Shown here: in pieces, positions 25,541 to 52,800 of the stretch
How positions within the stretch are numbered: position 1 is the first letter of the stretch
Layout of the letters: the number at the start of each line of letters is the position of its first letter
Assembly: GCA_043228905.1 (NCBI GenBank)
Contig: JBHGNT010000003.1
Location: forward strand, 20,646,001-20,710,000
Origin: Azolla caroliniana
Lineage: Eukaryota > Plantae > Polypodiophyta
Direction: 5' to 3'
Length of the DNA: 64,000 nucleotides
Notes under the pieces: model-generated
Seen by the model: only the letters and a program-made list of their open reading frames with translations
The model's database searches: none
What the model was told of the DNA's origin: nothing
Position numbers and translations under genes: made by a program

Positions 25541-27043
25541 CAATTACAGGCAGACAAGCTTTTATCTCCAGAATTTCAACCCCTTGTAGAGGAACTTATC
25601 GGGTTCCTCCCGAGAAATCGGCAAATCTTATTGTTCTCAGCAACATTCCCTGTGACTGTGAAGTCTTTCAAAGACAAGTTTCTGCAGAAGGCATATGTGA
25701 TAAATCTGATGGATGAATTAACATTGAAGGGTATTACTCAATACTATGCTTTTGTGGAGGAAAGGCAAAAAGTGCATTGCTTAAATACCCTTTTTTCCAA
25801 GGTGTGGATTGCATGGACTCTTGTCTATCTATTTCTGTTATCCTTAGTGCAAATGCTAAACTACGCATCTTTTGGCAGCTTCAAATCAATCAATCAATCA
25901 TTTTCTGTAACTCTGTTAATCGAGTTGAGCTTCTAGCTAAAAAAATAACAGAGCTTGGATATTCTTGCTTTTACATTCATGCAAAGATGGTGCAAACACA
26001 CCGTAATAGGGTATTCCATGACTTCAGGAATGGTGCTTGCCGTAACCTGGTTTGTTCAGGTTTCCTTCTTCACCTTAATACAAGTGAAAGCGAATTCTGA
26101 AAATGAACAAGGCATAACTCAAGTTATTTTTTTTCTCTTTTCAGATCTTTTTACAAGGGGTATAGACATTCAAGCTGTGAATGTTGTTATCAATTTTGAC
26201 TTCCCCAAAAATTCAGAGACTTATCTCCACAGGGTAATTTGCTTTTATTGTATGTTATGATATCTTTTCTAGCACAATCTCACCAGAGAATATGCCTGCT
26301 GATTTAAGAGAGACCCAAGGTTGTAAGGCTGATTGGTAGGGATGAAAATGTCATGTTTGCTCTAAAAATAGGGCTTTTTTTGCCTCTGCAATATAGTTAT
26401 TGCGTCTCTACCACAGGTTTTTGAATTATAAATGTAACATTTCTCACTACATGCATCTCATTGTGGTTTGTAATGGTTTGTTTCTTTTTCTCTCCCATGA
26501 GGAATTAGTCATTAAACTGCATGAAACAACTCTTGTAGGTTGGACGTTCCGGGAGGTTTGGACATCTTGGATTGGCTGTCAACCTAATCACTTATGAGGA
26601 CCGTTTTAATCTGTAAGATTCCATCTGAACCACTACCATTCTAATCTGTTAGGTTCCATGCTAATTTTGAAGATTAATCTGGAAGATTGTAAGGCTTATT
26701 CTCCTTGAAATTAAGGTTCCATGCTAATTTTGAAGATTAATCTGGAAGATTGTAAGGCTTATTCTCCTTGAAATTAAGGTTCCATGCTAATTTTGAACAT
26801 TATTCTGGAAGATTCTAAGGCTTATTTTGCTTGAAATTAACATCCCAAACCAATTTTTTAATACTGTAACCTGTAAGATTGGATGATATTTTTGCACAAT
26901 AATTACACTATTAACATGGATGTATTTTATATAAAAGTTGTTTTTTTTTTCAATTTACTTGCAGACACAGGATTGAACAAGAATTGGGTACTGAGATTAA
27001 ACCCATACCCCCTCAAATCGATCAGGCCATTTACTGTCGTTGA
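21592..27043 (+). CDS. DDX6: DEAD-box RNA helicase, DDX6/Dhh1 family (plant RH6/RH8/RH12 type), ~457 aa, 9 coding exons
   Basis: Exons 21592-21755, 21866-21926, 22003-22237, 22361-22599, 25550-25801, 25879-26059, 26145-26233, 26539-26612 and 26965-27043 join in frame. Motifs include [56 protein letters not shown]|[15 protein letters not shown], and the C-terminus IDQAIYCR. A probable 5' UTR exon lies near 19900-20106. Confidence 0.97.
22665..23690 (-). mobile_element. Older, diverged copy of the intronic LINE family, interrupted by a solo LTR
   Basis: Collinear with the young copy at ~24105-24790, for example ggggctaaagaaagttgtga and cctacctcaatct(c/g)tagctgatgtga, but with many substitutions. 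Confidence 0.8.
22834..23163. mobile_element. Solo LTR (330 bp), TGTTA...TAACA, 5-bp TSD TCTCT
   Basis: TCTCT lies at 22829-22833 and at 23164-23168, and removing the insert restores collinearity with the young LINE copy. An internal TATA (CTATATAAA, ~23024) and a 13-bp inverted repeat AATGTAACGGTCA/TGACCGTTACATT are present. Confidence 0.85.
23701..25478 (-). mobile_element. Young 5'-truncated non-LTR retrotransposon (RTEX-like LINE) in DDX6 intron 4
   Basis: ORF 25407-24088 encodes the RT C-terminal part ([11 protein letters not shown]...[13 protein letters not shown]...YTYLG) and a C-terminal [12 protein letters not shown]...ERICQLC...[10 protein letters not shown] zinc knuckle. The 3' UTR carries stem-loop AGGCCA-AAA-TGGCCT (23757-23771), and the tail is (AAAG)9 at 23701-23736. 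Both sides abut GGAGAGAGA. The clade assignment is inferred. Confidence 0.9.
25481..25536 (+). repeat. (AG)28 microsatellite ending 13 nt before a DDX6 splice acceptor
   Basis: Read directly; the acceptor CAG ends at 25549. Confidence 0.95.
26651..26840. repeat. 63-bp tandem repeat x3 in the last DDX6 intron
   Basis: AGGTTCCATGCTAATTTTGAAGATTAATCTGGAAGATTGTAAGGCTTATT... units start at 26651, 26714 and 26777. Confidence 0.9.
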
Positions 27044-30000
27044 ATATCTTTCTGAGATGATGCAGTATAAGGGCTGATAATTTGTTTGAGCATCATCATC
27101 CTCCATATCATGGATGTTGGAAATTGAATTATATGCAAAATGACTTATATTTTCAGATACTAGTTTCTTAGGTTGCTTGTATTTGGATATAAAAGAATTA
27201 TTTGATATTGCCCAGTATTTCTCCCTAACAAGTTGGTATGACTAACATGAATAGCTTCTTTTTTTATGTGAATTATATAAAGGATTTGGTTACCATCCTA
27301 CAAGGAAATACGTTCCTTCGGTGTAATAACATTGATGAATTGCTCATTTTGATGAATTATTCTGTATTGAATGAACAATGATACTGCTGGTTTAACTACA
27401 TCTCGGGGCATGCTCTTTTCCATGAGTTCCTGTGTGGAAATTTGAATGGAATATATTTTAGTTGTGGAGTCCCCTTTCAAAACATTCAGGTTTCTAAGAC
27501 GCCCCTTTGTAGTAATTAAACAATGTGCTATTTACACTATGTGCATAGTTTATGTTATATATGTATGTATGAAATTGTAAAAAAGTAACCAAGAAAGAGT
27601 ACAGAACAAGCCAAGGAAAAGCAAATTTAGTAATGAAGAAGGATACCCTATAGGAGATCAAGGTGGGCTCCAAATGTTTGAATCTTAGAATGAAATGCTC
27701 AATAAGAAGAACATGCCATTGTTATAACAACATAATTAAACTTGTCATCAGTGCCATCTCATCCTCGCCACCTCGGGTCAAGAAAATATAAGAATAAGTT
27801 CAAATGGTAATAGTTTCTGATCATTCTGAATGGAACATATTGTATTTTGTTTTTATAGTTGCATTAGACCTTTGAGGTGTATTGATGTAGAGTCAAATTT
27901 TCCTTTGAGATGTATTAATGTAGAGGCATAGTTTGGTTTACTATTTAATGTTTATTTTCAAGTTTGCATCCCGAATCCCTTTTCATTGACGCTCAATGTT
28001 TGTACTAGAAACAAGTATTTTCCTTTGAAAAGTTAATATAGGCTTCATGTAACAGTAATCATTTAAAAGTTGCACCTTGAGCCCACAAGAACATGCACAT
28101 ACATTATGCATATAACATGTATGCGTATTGTGTATATTTGTGGATGTGGATATGGACAAATAAATCAGTTCGGGGTATATTGTAAAATTTCACATGACTA
28201 ATCATGGACAAAATAGTATCACTTGAAACAAATACAGCATTTTATGACCGCATTGTCTATCTATGCAAATCCATGGCAGATAATAATCCAAGTGTCAAAA
28301 CTCAAAAGCTTGAAAGCAACATGAAAAAATTTGGTAAAAAATAACTTTTGCATTAGGGTTGTAACATTGGTGTTTTACACATTACCTTTGGGTTGAGAAT
28401 TCAAGTTTGTCTTGCATCATGAATAAACATTGTTAGTCACATGTATTGTTAAAGTAGAGAAGGAAATTTTGTCAACAAATTATGTACATGGATCAAATTT
28501 TCTTGTATGTTGATTAGTTTTGCGACATCTTTTTTTAAGGTATAATTAGTTATAGTGAGAAATTAAGTGTGTGGGTGTCCTCAAGAATCAAACTGAATAA
28601 AGCAAAGAAGAAAATGTAAGTAACAAGGAAAACATAACATGATCACAATTCAACTTAATGTAACAACAATTATTTGCAAAAGGTAAGTGCAATTTGGCCC
28701 TCTATCCTTGCTTGGAGTTTGTGAGAAGCTTTTAGGAATGCCTTATGTCCACATATATCACATTCTCATTAACTTTGATGCATCACCATAGGCATGTATA
28801 TAAGACATCGACAAAATGAACCAGAGACAACCACATGATTTCTTCCCCCAAATATTCAATGTATAGCCATCTCCCCTCATGCCTTAGCTTGTCACTTCAT
28901 GAAATATATAGGTAAACTTCTCCCATGGTCCTAGATTGTTTGAAGTAAAGGATGGCTATAGTGTGGTCACATTCATGTTCCCACTTTGTTCCCAAGTCTT
29001 TACATGTTGGGGCTACACATCGACCCCTAACCCTTCATACATATGTATGCTTATCATGTTGGGATTGCCTTATTTCTCATAGAGTTTTACAAAAAATATG
29101 CCAAATAAATGAGAGGAGATGAGAAAGATAAAGAGGTAAAACTCACATTTTTGTAACACAACATGAAATGTCAAAGAAATCTAATTAATGTGGATCAAAT
29201 ATTGAACTCACGACAGTGGAACTCAAACAATCTAGAAACAAACTTAGGTATTAAATCAAAACGTGAGTACCACCCAGAAGTTGAATGAACACAACCCTAA
29301 TTATTTTTCACGCAAGTAATGAAGATATCATGGCTATGTGGAGGACACAAGATGGAGAGGGCTCATTAAAAATGGTCTAGCCTCCTAGCGTGACACTTTG
29401 ATGAGTGGGTTAGCGGAGTTGGCTTACTAACGAATTGCCATCCATTTACAAATGCGACGAACAAACGATTGAAAGTATTTATTTATACCAGAAGATGTAG
29501 GCATAGAGGGTGGAGGAGGGGGGGGGATGAGCATGAGAAAATACTACACTTTTGCTACCATGTATAAGAAGGTTTTCAAGTTTCAACAAAGTGAACATGA
29601 TGAATGTATGTATTGTGTATGTATATTGAAGTTTCCAAGGTGCCCACCAAAAATAACTTTAAAATAATAAATCCACTACTTGTCACTTAAAAAGAGAAAA
29701 AAAAAAACAAAACAAAAAAACTAAGAGACAAAAGAAAATATATGTAGTTGGGGAGGAACAAAACATGGAGAACAGAAAAGCAAAAAGCAAACAATTAGCT
29801 TAAAAAATAAGAACAAAAATAAAATAAAATTTAGAAAAAGGAAAAGAATTTTAATTTTACCATAAATATTGTATGTAATTCGAAGAAAAGAAAAGAATTC
29901 AATTTTTATGAGAAATAATATTTTCAAAGATGTTAATTTAATTTAATTTAATTTATTTTTTGCCATTTTTCTGGTGTAATGTTCATTCATGAGGAGATGA

Positions 30001-30926
30001 AGAGGGAAGAAGCATCAGAAAGAGAGAGACAGGAGAGAGAGAGAGAGAGAGATAGAGAGAAACAGGGGTTTTTGTTATTGTTGAGGTAAGGTGAAGAAGA
30101 AGAAACATCGTCATCATCATCATCATCATCTGTTATTGGCTGGTGCATGCTTTTCTTCATTGGGGTGTGCCTCTCCTTTTCCTTCCTTCCACACCTTCAC
30201 GATTCTTGGGTATGTATTTCTTTTCCTCCTTCCTTCAAAAAAATCTCTAGTATTCTTTTATTCTTGAATCCTGTTTTTATCGATTTATCTTGCACGTTTT
30301 CCATTTATTTGCCATGGATCCTTTGATTACATACGTTTTCTTAATTTCCTGTGGATTATTTGTTCATTTAAAATTGATAATTATCATACCCAATTCTAAT
30401 CCTGGAAGATGGAAATTTTCATGTAATTATTGAAAAGGTTTCTTGCATCTGATCAACTCTAATACTTCATTAAGAATCTTGTTTCAATTTTTTGATCCTG
30501 AAGGTGGTTTCTTACTGTTTCCTTTTTTGCCCTTCAAATTTGTTGCTATTGTACATTTTTTCTATGCATTATAATTTTATTTCGAATGTATGCAATGTTG
30601 ACCCTGAAGGTGGTTATTTTTGTTTGATTTGATGACCTTGTGATCTTGATTTTACTTTTTTGCTTTCGTTTCATTAGTTCTCAATGCCTGATAAAGGATT
30701 TACTGATTTGATCTCCATGGGCTTGTGGTATTTTTAGCTTTCCAGTTCCACTTCATTTCATTGTTATTGATGAGCTAATGATTTGATTTTCATGTGCTTA
30801 TAGTTACTTTTTAAATTTTCCATATGATGAGGATCTCAATACAAGTCTTTTGATCTGGTTTTCGTAATTTGATGGATCCTGAAGAATTTCTCAGGAACTA
30901 GAAGAGGCGAGTCAAGAGTAGACACA

Positions 30927-44623
<13,697 letters not shown>

Positions 44624-45304
44624 AATGAGCGAGCAAGGAGAGAGAGAGAGAGAGAGTACGCACACATGTTCAGAATCAAACTTTACAAGCATATGTATCA
44701 GTCACTATGAGACTAATTTTGTTTTTAGCAGAAGCATGGTGAGTTTCTTCCTACAAACGAAAACGAAATTTTGGGTGTCAGCAAAAATACAAAGAGCTCA
44801 GAAAAAGTGTATTTATTATTATCTCACATCTTTTAACTAACACTACCTTTTTGTGCCAAAGCAAATTAGGTTATTGTAATTTGTGACCTAAGTGGGAACA
44901 TTATTCTTTCTGGGGTGTAGAATTTACACACCTACATCGAAATAATATACCTCTTTCATATTTGCAGTTTATACTTGTAAAACTGGCAATTTTTGTGGTT
45001 TACATATTTCTTTCTATATTTAGAGCTCTATCTGCAGTGCTCATACCATAGTTAGCTCTATTATTTGCCCTGCATTTTTTCTATCCTGACATTTTCTTTT
45101 GTTTTGGTGTATGAACTTTTGGTGTTTAGAAAGCTGTTTTTTTGGGCATGGACTTTTATTCTTGGTATTTGGAAACAATTGAACAAGTAATGTTTGCACT
45201 TGGGCTGGATTCACGGTAGGATAGAAAATAGGTTATTATTCAATTAAATCTTTAAGACTCTAAATTTATAGAAATATCCCATGTTGTCACATTGCGACAT
45301 TGGC

Positions 45305-45576
45305 TTTGTCAGTTTGTTAATGGAAAAAATCAGTCATGGCATAAATCAGCATATTTCTTGTGTCTAAATTTTCTAATTCCTTTGAGATATTACTTTCTAT
45401 ACATCCCATCTCTTCTGCAAGCCAATGTGGGAGATCAAATTTGTCAGTTTGTTAATGGAAAAAATCAGTCATGCCATAAATCAGCATATTTCTCGTGTCT
45501 AAATTTTCTAATTCCTTTGAGATATTACTTTCTATACATCCCATCTCTTCTGCAAGCCAATGTGGGAGATCAAATT
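45305..45576. repeat. Recent 135-bp tandem duplication between the convergent CHD and AMSH 3' ends
   Basis: Units start at 45305 and 45440 and are nearly identical. Confidence 0.9.
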
Positions 45577-46836
45577 CACTTACAGAAGATTTATCATTTT
45601 CTAGAATATTTATCATTTTCTTGACTAAAACTGTCATAACAGTTGCAATGAATGTTCATTGCTCTCTATACACTAGTTCTCTCAGCAAGTGACAAGCTGC
45701 AAATGTTGGCATTACCTGTGAAATTTTGAAACACAACATTGAGGGTATAAATTGCAAGAATTGTCACTCGTGATAATTACATTTACAAATATCTACAATG
45801 ATTGTCTTCACATTTATGGTATTTCAACTCTAATATGATAAAAATCTTGGTAGAATAGTTCATAATCACAGATTCACAAACATAGTACATGGTAATTACA
45901 TGAAATAATGAAGCATACTTAAAATATAATTATCCACGTAATTTACCACCACATGATTTGTGTATTGGCATGATTATTCTTTTTCTCTAAATATATGGGA
46001 ATCAATGGAAGCCATTTCATACAACTGTTTATTCACACCTAAAATAAGGCTCCAGGAATCAAACCTGAGTGTTAAAAAGGTAATGCCATAAACTCATAAA
46101 CCTCCTAAGTAAAAGATGATTGCTTTACTATCGACCAATATCTGGCAAATGCTTACTTTTCCAAGCCAAAAAAAGATGCAAATTCTTCATAATGTAAGAA
46201 TGCTCATGTTACACCAGTGTCCCAAGTTCAACTTCAACCACCTTAACAAGATTCTGTAGGAATCAAGTTGTGTACAAGCACACAACTGTATATCCTCTGT
46301 GACTCACTGTTTTAGACTTTGTACATGCAAGTGGGTAATCATAATTGAACATAAGAAACTAGTACTTCCAGAATAGTTTATCAGATATAATACCCACTAT
46401 TGGAAGATTTCCATGTGGCATATTCATAGCATCAATTTATCCTCTGCAATAGGATCTAATTTTATGTTACATTCACAAAAACCAAGACCTGAAGATTCCA
46501 TTTACAAGATTTATGTTTGGATTTTCCGAAAAGGGTACATAGTACCAGTGCCCTTGAAATCTAGAACCAGTGCCTCGTGCTTCTTGTACCTTATTAAGGG
46601 TTAATTACAACAATCTTTAGTCATCTTCTGTTCAGCAGTTTCTTTTGGTCTTCAGATGTCATCAACGATTCTATCACTTCATATCGAGCCAATGTATTTA
46701 TTTTTTATGACTTCAAATATGTCATTGAAGATTTCTACCACCTGATATTAAACCAACATATTCTTTTCTTTTTTTGTCTCCAAATGTTTCATATTGTTTG
46801 CCACGGGTTCTTGATTTCGTTTTTGGCCTTCAAATG

Positions 46837-49800
46837 TCATCGAAGATCTACCACTTCATAGCTAAGCTTTGAGCTCATGAGAACATGACTAGAGTGTTCA
46901 TAAAGTGGACTTCCATCACTAGGTTGTTCATGAGGATGAAATCCTCGTTGTTGGCAGTTTTGTATAACCTTGATACCTTGTGGATCCGACAAACGAAAGA
47001 TACCCCAAGTTCTGCAAAATGCATGCAAATCATCAACACACAAATTTGTGTCTAAAACGCCACTCCTAACATTTGTATATATTTCCTCTCAGTGTTTTAA
47101 GAACATACCAAAATATCCCCCCCTCACAAATAGCTCTTAGTTTTAGTTAAGCATAATCAATGTGTTATTTGGCATACCTAGCAATCTGTTTAGTTGAATA
47201 ATTAACAGTGAATTGATCAATTAGTTTTCCCCAATTAGAAACTATTAGGGCAGATTATTTAGTTTGTATTGACTTCGGGACAACTTCTAAATATGGACAA
47301 AATAATTGACTAAAAAAAAATCACATCAATAAGTACCTTGTCATATCAGTGGGTGCCATAACTATCGCAATGGCCTCAGGGAGCATCACCTTCAGATTCC
47401 AAACCACGGTAAGAAACATGAATCCTGGTAAAGATATTTGCTCTCACAAGAATGTCTTTGTGAAACTAACTAATCCTCTCACCTGGTAAGAATAGTGAGT
47501 ATGAAGATCAATTGAAGACATGAAGCATGTTTGCTTTGGATGTGTCTGCAAATTTTAAGTTTTAGGGCGAGTTTAAGGTTTTCAGGGTTTAACAAAACAA
47601 TTAAAAATGAAGCGTGCATGGTACTCACATGGATCCATCCTAGCTGAAAAAGATCCCTTTTATCTTGCCAATCAAATATCTCTTCTTCATTTATTGTTTG
47701 ACACTGAGAATGTAATCCAAGCAACCATGTTGAGGAGAAGTTTATCAAATGCAATGCAAAATGTTTTCATATAAAAAGTTACAGATATATCATGATTTAT
47801 ACAAAATGCATTCATGTAAATGACAAAGGAAACTAAAGAAATATTGTGATCATTACTTACCGAGTCCGATGTAGACTCTTGCTTTGGTATAATGAGAGCA
47901 GTCACACGAAACGAAGCATTTTTCTGGGAACAAACAGAAGAACACAAACATAAGTATAAAAATAGTGAGTAAAGACCACCAAATTTTGAATTAATAATAA
48001 TTCACCCATTGAAAACACGTACAAGAGATCCTGCAAGAACTCCACATGTCTCAAGATTTTTGCTCGTGTTTCTGCTAGCAAGCCTCAAGAACTCATCCAT
48101 CATACCTGCTGACTACATTTCTCAAACATCACATAAATAAAATATTAAAGTATTATATAGATAGATATCACCTTGTTCGTGCATTCTTTAGACACTCAAA
48201 CACGTTATAATATGAAGTCTTTCTTTAAACACCATATATCTCCTCTATAAAAGCCTATATCTCTCTTTAACCACCATGCATTGATTGAGGTTCATCTAAA
48301 GGACGTATTTGTATGATAGCAATAATAGTCTTTTAAGATTAATTGTGCATAAATTATTGGGAATTAGGAAATAGGACCATATTCTTCAGCATTTCCCAGA
48401 AAAGCCCCTAATTTCCCATTATTCTGTAAGTGTACTTGATCAACCCCTAAAATAGCAGTTATATGTGGTTATTTGAACCAAATGACATGATCATATCGTC
48501 TCTTTTTCTCAAATATATGTACTATTTGATTAAAAGTTTATGGTCAACTGTCACCTTTCTCTTTCAGGGGTTGACTAAGGACATGTCAGCATTTGGGGAA
48601 GTACAGAAAACAAGCCTTATTTCAGACTTTTTTCCCTAAAATATTTTAATATTACAACACTAGGCATTACATAGAGGGGATTGAAATGCACTATTGAGAG
48701 ACAGATTATAGCAGCAAAAAAGGTTTATTAGAGCAGTTACAATGTAGAGTTGCTTTGGGCCTCCAGTTTGCTTCGACCCATCCTGCACCATCGATATAGG
48801 GCCAGGGAACGGATCAGCAACTTTCCATGGTGGTATGGGAGCCGCAGTGGTTGCAAGATGTGATGTGTTTGGAAGGTTTTGAACCAGAGCTGCAGCAGGA
48901 GGTGGTGATGGTTGCCTTATCAAGCTAAGTCGGGAAGCAAGCTCAGCTCCTGCATCAGATTGAAAAGGATCCACAACCAGAGCCTCTGATAGTGTGCTGT
49001 TCTTGTTCTTACTTTCTTCAAACCTGTGTACATTATGAAACATTGAATAGTGTTAAGATGAAAATGAAGTGTGCATAGTGATCAAATAAAGATCATCCAA
49101 ACATACAAACAAAGGTAAGAAAGAGAACAAGAAAGGGGGAAACCTTGGAATTTCAACAGGTGATGTGTCTATATAAGTAGGATACTGGACCTGCATTAAG
49201 TAAATCTCACTTTGTTAAGCAAAATTTTGTAGATGGAAGTAAATTTTATTTTGCTTTAGACTCGGAAATTTCTATGCCTTGGCTTGTGTAACAGGTACAT
49301 CCTGACGGGATTTAAGACCATTTTGGCCCAAAAATGAGTGCCTCGACAAAGTTTCAACCTTGGCTGGGGGCAAAGTCAAGGACCTGCAAAACCAAAACCA
49401 TCTTTCAACTACTCTCCAGAAGTTTATGATGAACAACTGACAATCCAGTGATAATTCTAACAAACCTGAAAACAGGGAAAGAAGTTAGCAAATAAAAAGC
49501 AGCCAAAACTGAGTTTTCAAGAGCTTTCTAATAGCTATTGGACAAGCAAAGATGGAAATAGAAACAGACACAATCAAGACTCAACCATGGTCAAAATAGG
49601 GGCATAACTAGACCTAGACAAATTGGGGTATTGCTCTTGAAAAGATGTGGCTCAGGACCCATGACTAGAATGTGGTCAGAAGGAAGATGAAGTTACAAAC
49701 GAACTGTCTTAACCATGGAAAAGTGGGGTGCATAGCATGTGAGTCAGGACTTTCAGTTAAAAGAATAAGGCGCATTACACATTTCCAAAAGGGAAATTAG

Positions 49801-52800
49801 TTCAGATGATAGATTAGAGGCAGGAGATGTGGATGGTCAGATCAAAGAAATCCCCGGCAGCATCAATATGAGATAGCTATGAGGCCAAAGACCAAGTGAA
49901 TCGGCACCGCCTGCATGCTCATCTTTTATAGGGTCAAACTCTAGGCCTTTGGCTATTCACACTTGACTAGTTTATTAGAAGTGGTCAAGTGATGAAATAC
50001 TCCGAAGTTATCTCCCATCAATGGATTGAAAAAAACTCAATCCTTACCCTGCATTCCTTACGAATTAGCCAAACCTATTAACCTTAAGGTTGGAGAGCTA
50101 GGGTTCATTACACCATGTGCTTATGATCGTAACATAAGCTATCATCAAATAGCTGGTTTCGGTATAGTATGGTCAATATACATATCATCAATCAGAGGAA
50201 TATGGATTTTGGAACTCACAGTAATTAGATGGTGTCATGGTTCCAATGGACTATGACAAGAAATATCTGTTACAATTCTGATCCAATGACAGAACAGGTC
50301 TCACAAATGTGCTACCAAACATTATGAAGAGCTAGCTATCTATGAAAAAACTCACTGATGTCAGATTGATTCTTATGTTACCTAAAACAGGACCAGTGAC
50401 TGACAAGGATTTCTATAGGGATCCAAGGTGAGATTAAGCTGGAGATTTCCTTCAACTAGAGGATTACCAAAGGCAGGAGCAGATGTTTACTCTCAATAGA
50501 GGTGTTAAAATCCTACAGTTTGCAGTGTTGACACCTGTATTGCAAGGTCATGGCCACTCCAATGTAGTAAAGTTCAGAAAGTGTGAGTTGGTGAAGAGAA
50601 TCCAGTGGGTAGAACGGATGCATTTTGATAGTTGGCTGGAAGCTTCTTATATATATGTAGGACTGAATTCTTTTTAGCAGTTATACTTGCTTCAATCCTA
50701 CCCTTATTATATATCATCAAGAATTTGAAGTCAAATCAGAACTATTTGTTGAGCTTCTAACCTATATTACAAATTTATATGAGACTTAGGGAAACTCAGG
50801 ACTCATGAATATATTTTTGTCCATTTAACAATGAAAAAGAAAGTTCCACACTTCCATTTTGTTTCAGGCTTCTACAAAGTCTTTTATACCCATGATCATA
50901 CACTCCACCAAACAACCTCACCAACTGAGAGTACAAATGTGTGGGCTCCCCTCTCCTTTCACACACACACGCATACACCGAGCAGATAAAACCAGAATGA
51001 GGGCAGAGATGGATAGACATTAGAACTCTTTGACAAAAACATGAAACCATAGTATGAACCATATGTACCATGCATACAACGGTGCATTCACATTCGTGAA
51101 TATTTCAATCATTTGCGTAAGAAAAACGCCCTCAAAGAATGATAAATACCATACTTTTGGATTAACTATTTATTATCAGGTAAATAAGCCTAAAAAATAG
51201 AAAATAACATTAAAAAAATGGGAAAAAAACAAAAAAAAACACAAGAATGTTTTAATAACATTTGCATTCGTTTTCCAACGTAGGAAAACGAATGTTATGC
51301 TAGACGAACACGAATTTTACGTACTATGCATGAAACTATACCCATGAATATTCACTTTTCCGTAAATAGAATGACATGAATAACTTGTCTCTCTCTCACA
51401 TTCAAACATAGGTGTTAGACAATGAGCATAGGCCATATACAGTTTCATGAAATGTCCAGGTGGAAATTTTCTAACACATGGACTTGGATTATTGTTTGTG
51501 AAAATCTAACGTGCGAAAATTATTATTTAGAATGTTTAATGAATTATTATAGATGCAATGCATAATACTGTTCAAGTCCAAATAACATAAGCAAGCAAGA
51601 TACTTACAATTTACTTAAATGGCTCTCCACCTGATTAGATGTCCTTTGAAGAGGTTGAATCGGTCCAATTGTCCCACTACCCTATACTCCACAATTAAAA
51701 TTTGTCTTAAAATCCAGGAGACCCTACTTATTTCCTGAATCCTTTCTATTAAAAAATCTTACCTGAAAACCAGACATTTGAGGCCACTCATATTCTTTCT
51801 TTGCTTCAATCTTAGAAGAAGAAACACTTGCTATGGAACTATTAAACTTCTTAAGCTCTCGTTGGGCGAGAGGTTTGAGTTTTTCAAGTTCAAATATTAC
51901 CTGACTTAGCTTCTGTACTTCGTAAGAACAAGAGAATTTGAATAAATTAGTGCATGATTAGCCAAATTATTTCAGATCCAAAAATTCTGCAGATAGATTG
52001 AACCACACCTTTCGATATTCTGCCTTTGATCTCGGGGAAAACGTTGGATATTCATTATGTTCAGGAATAGTTTCTCCAACAAGACTACATCAACACATAC
52101 ATAAACATGATGCAAACTATTGCATGGTTCATAAGAGTTTAACCATAGCCATTGAACTGGGATACTCTACCCAACTGTACTTGAAACTTATGTTTACCAT
52201 GCAACCAATATTCCTTTCAGATCACAAAATTATTAGAATTTATCAGAAAATGTTTTTTTGTTGTTTCACCTAACAAGTTCCGAAATCTAGCCACCATTTC
52301 ATGAATGATGGGATAATTTTCCCTGGCACCGCTGATATCCTCTCATGCTTAATTGAGATTAACCAAACAATTTACTTTTCTTTAATTAATTCTTAAGACT
52401 AGATCGTGATAAAACAAAAGACACTATTTTAATGATTATAATGAGATTTGATCAAGGCAAAGCAAATTAAACCCACTCCTTCAATGATTAGATCGCAACA
52501 TAGGCAAACAGAACACACTCCCATCGATGATTACCTCAAGAATAAGCTACCAATATACACCCACTCCTTCAATGATTAGATCGCAACATAAGCAAACAGA
52601 ACACACTCCCATCGATGATTACCTCAAGAATAAGCTACCAATATACTCTCTTTTGATGCTTAAAATGGTAACATATCAAGACCATTCAATCAATATACCC
52701 TGATTTGATCATTACTTCTAGAAAAAATCAAGCAACCAAAAACATGGCAAAAACAGTGGATTCTGGGACATACCTGGAGAATCTGATGAGAAGAATATAG

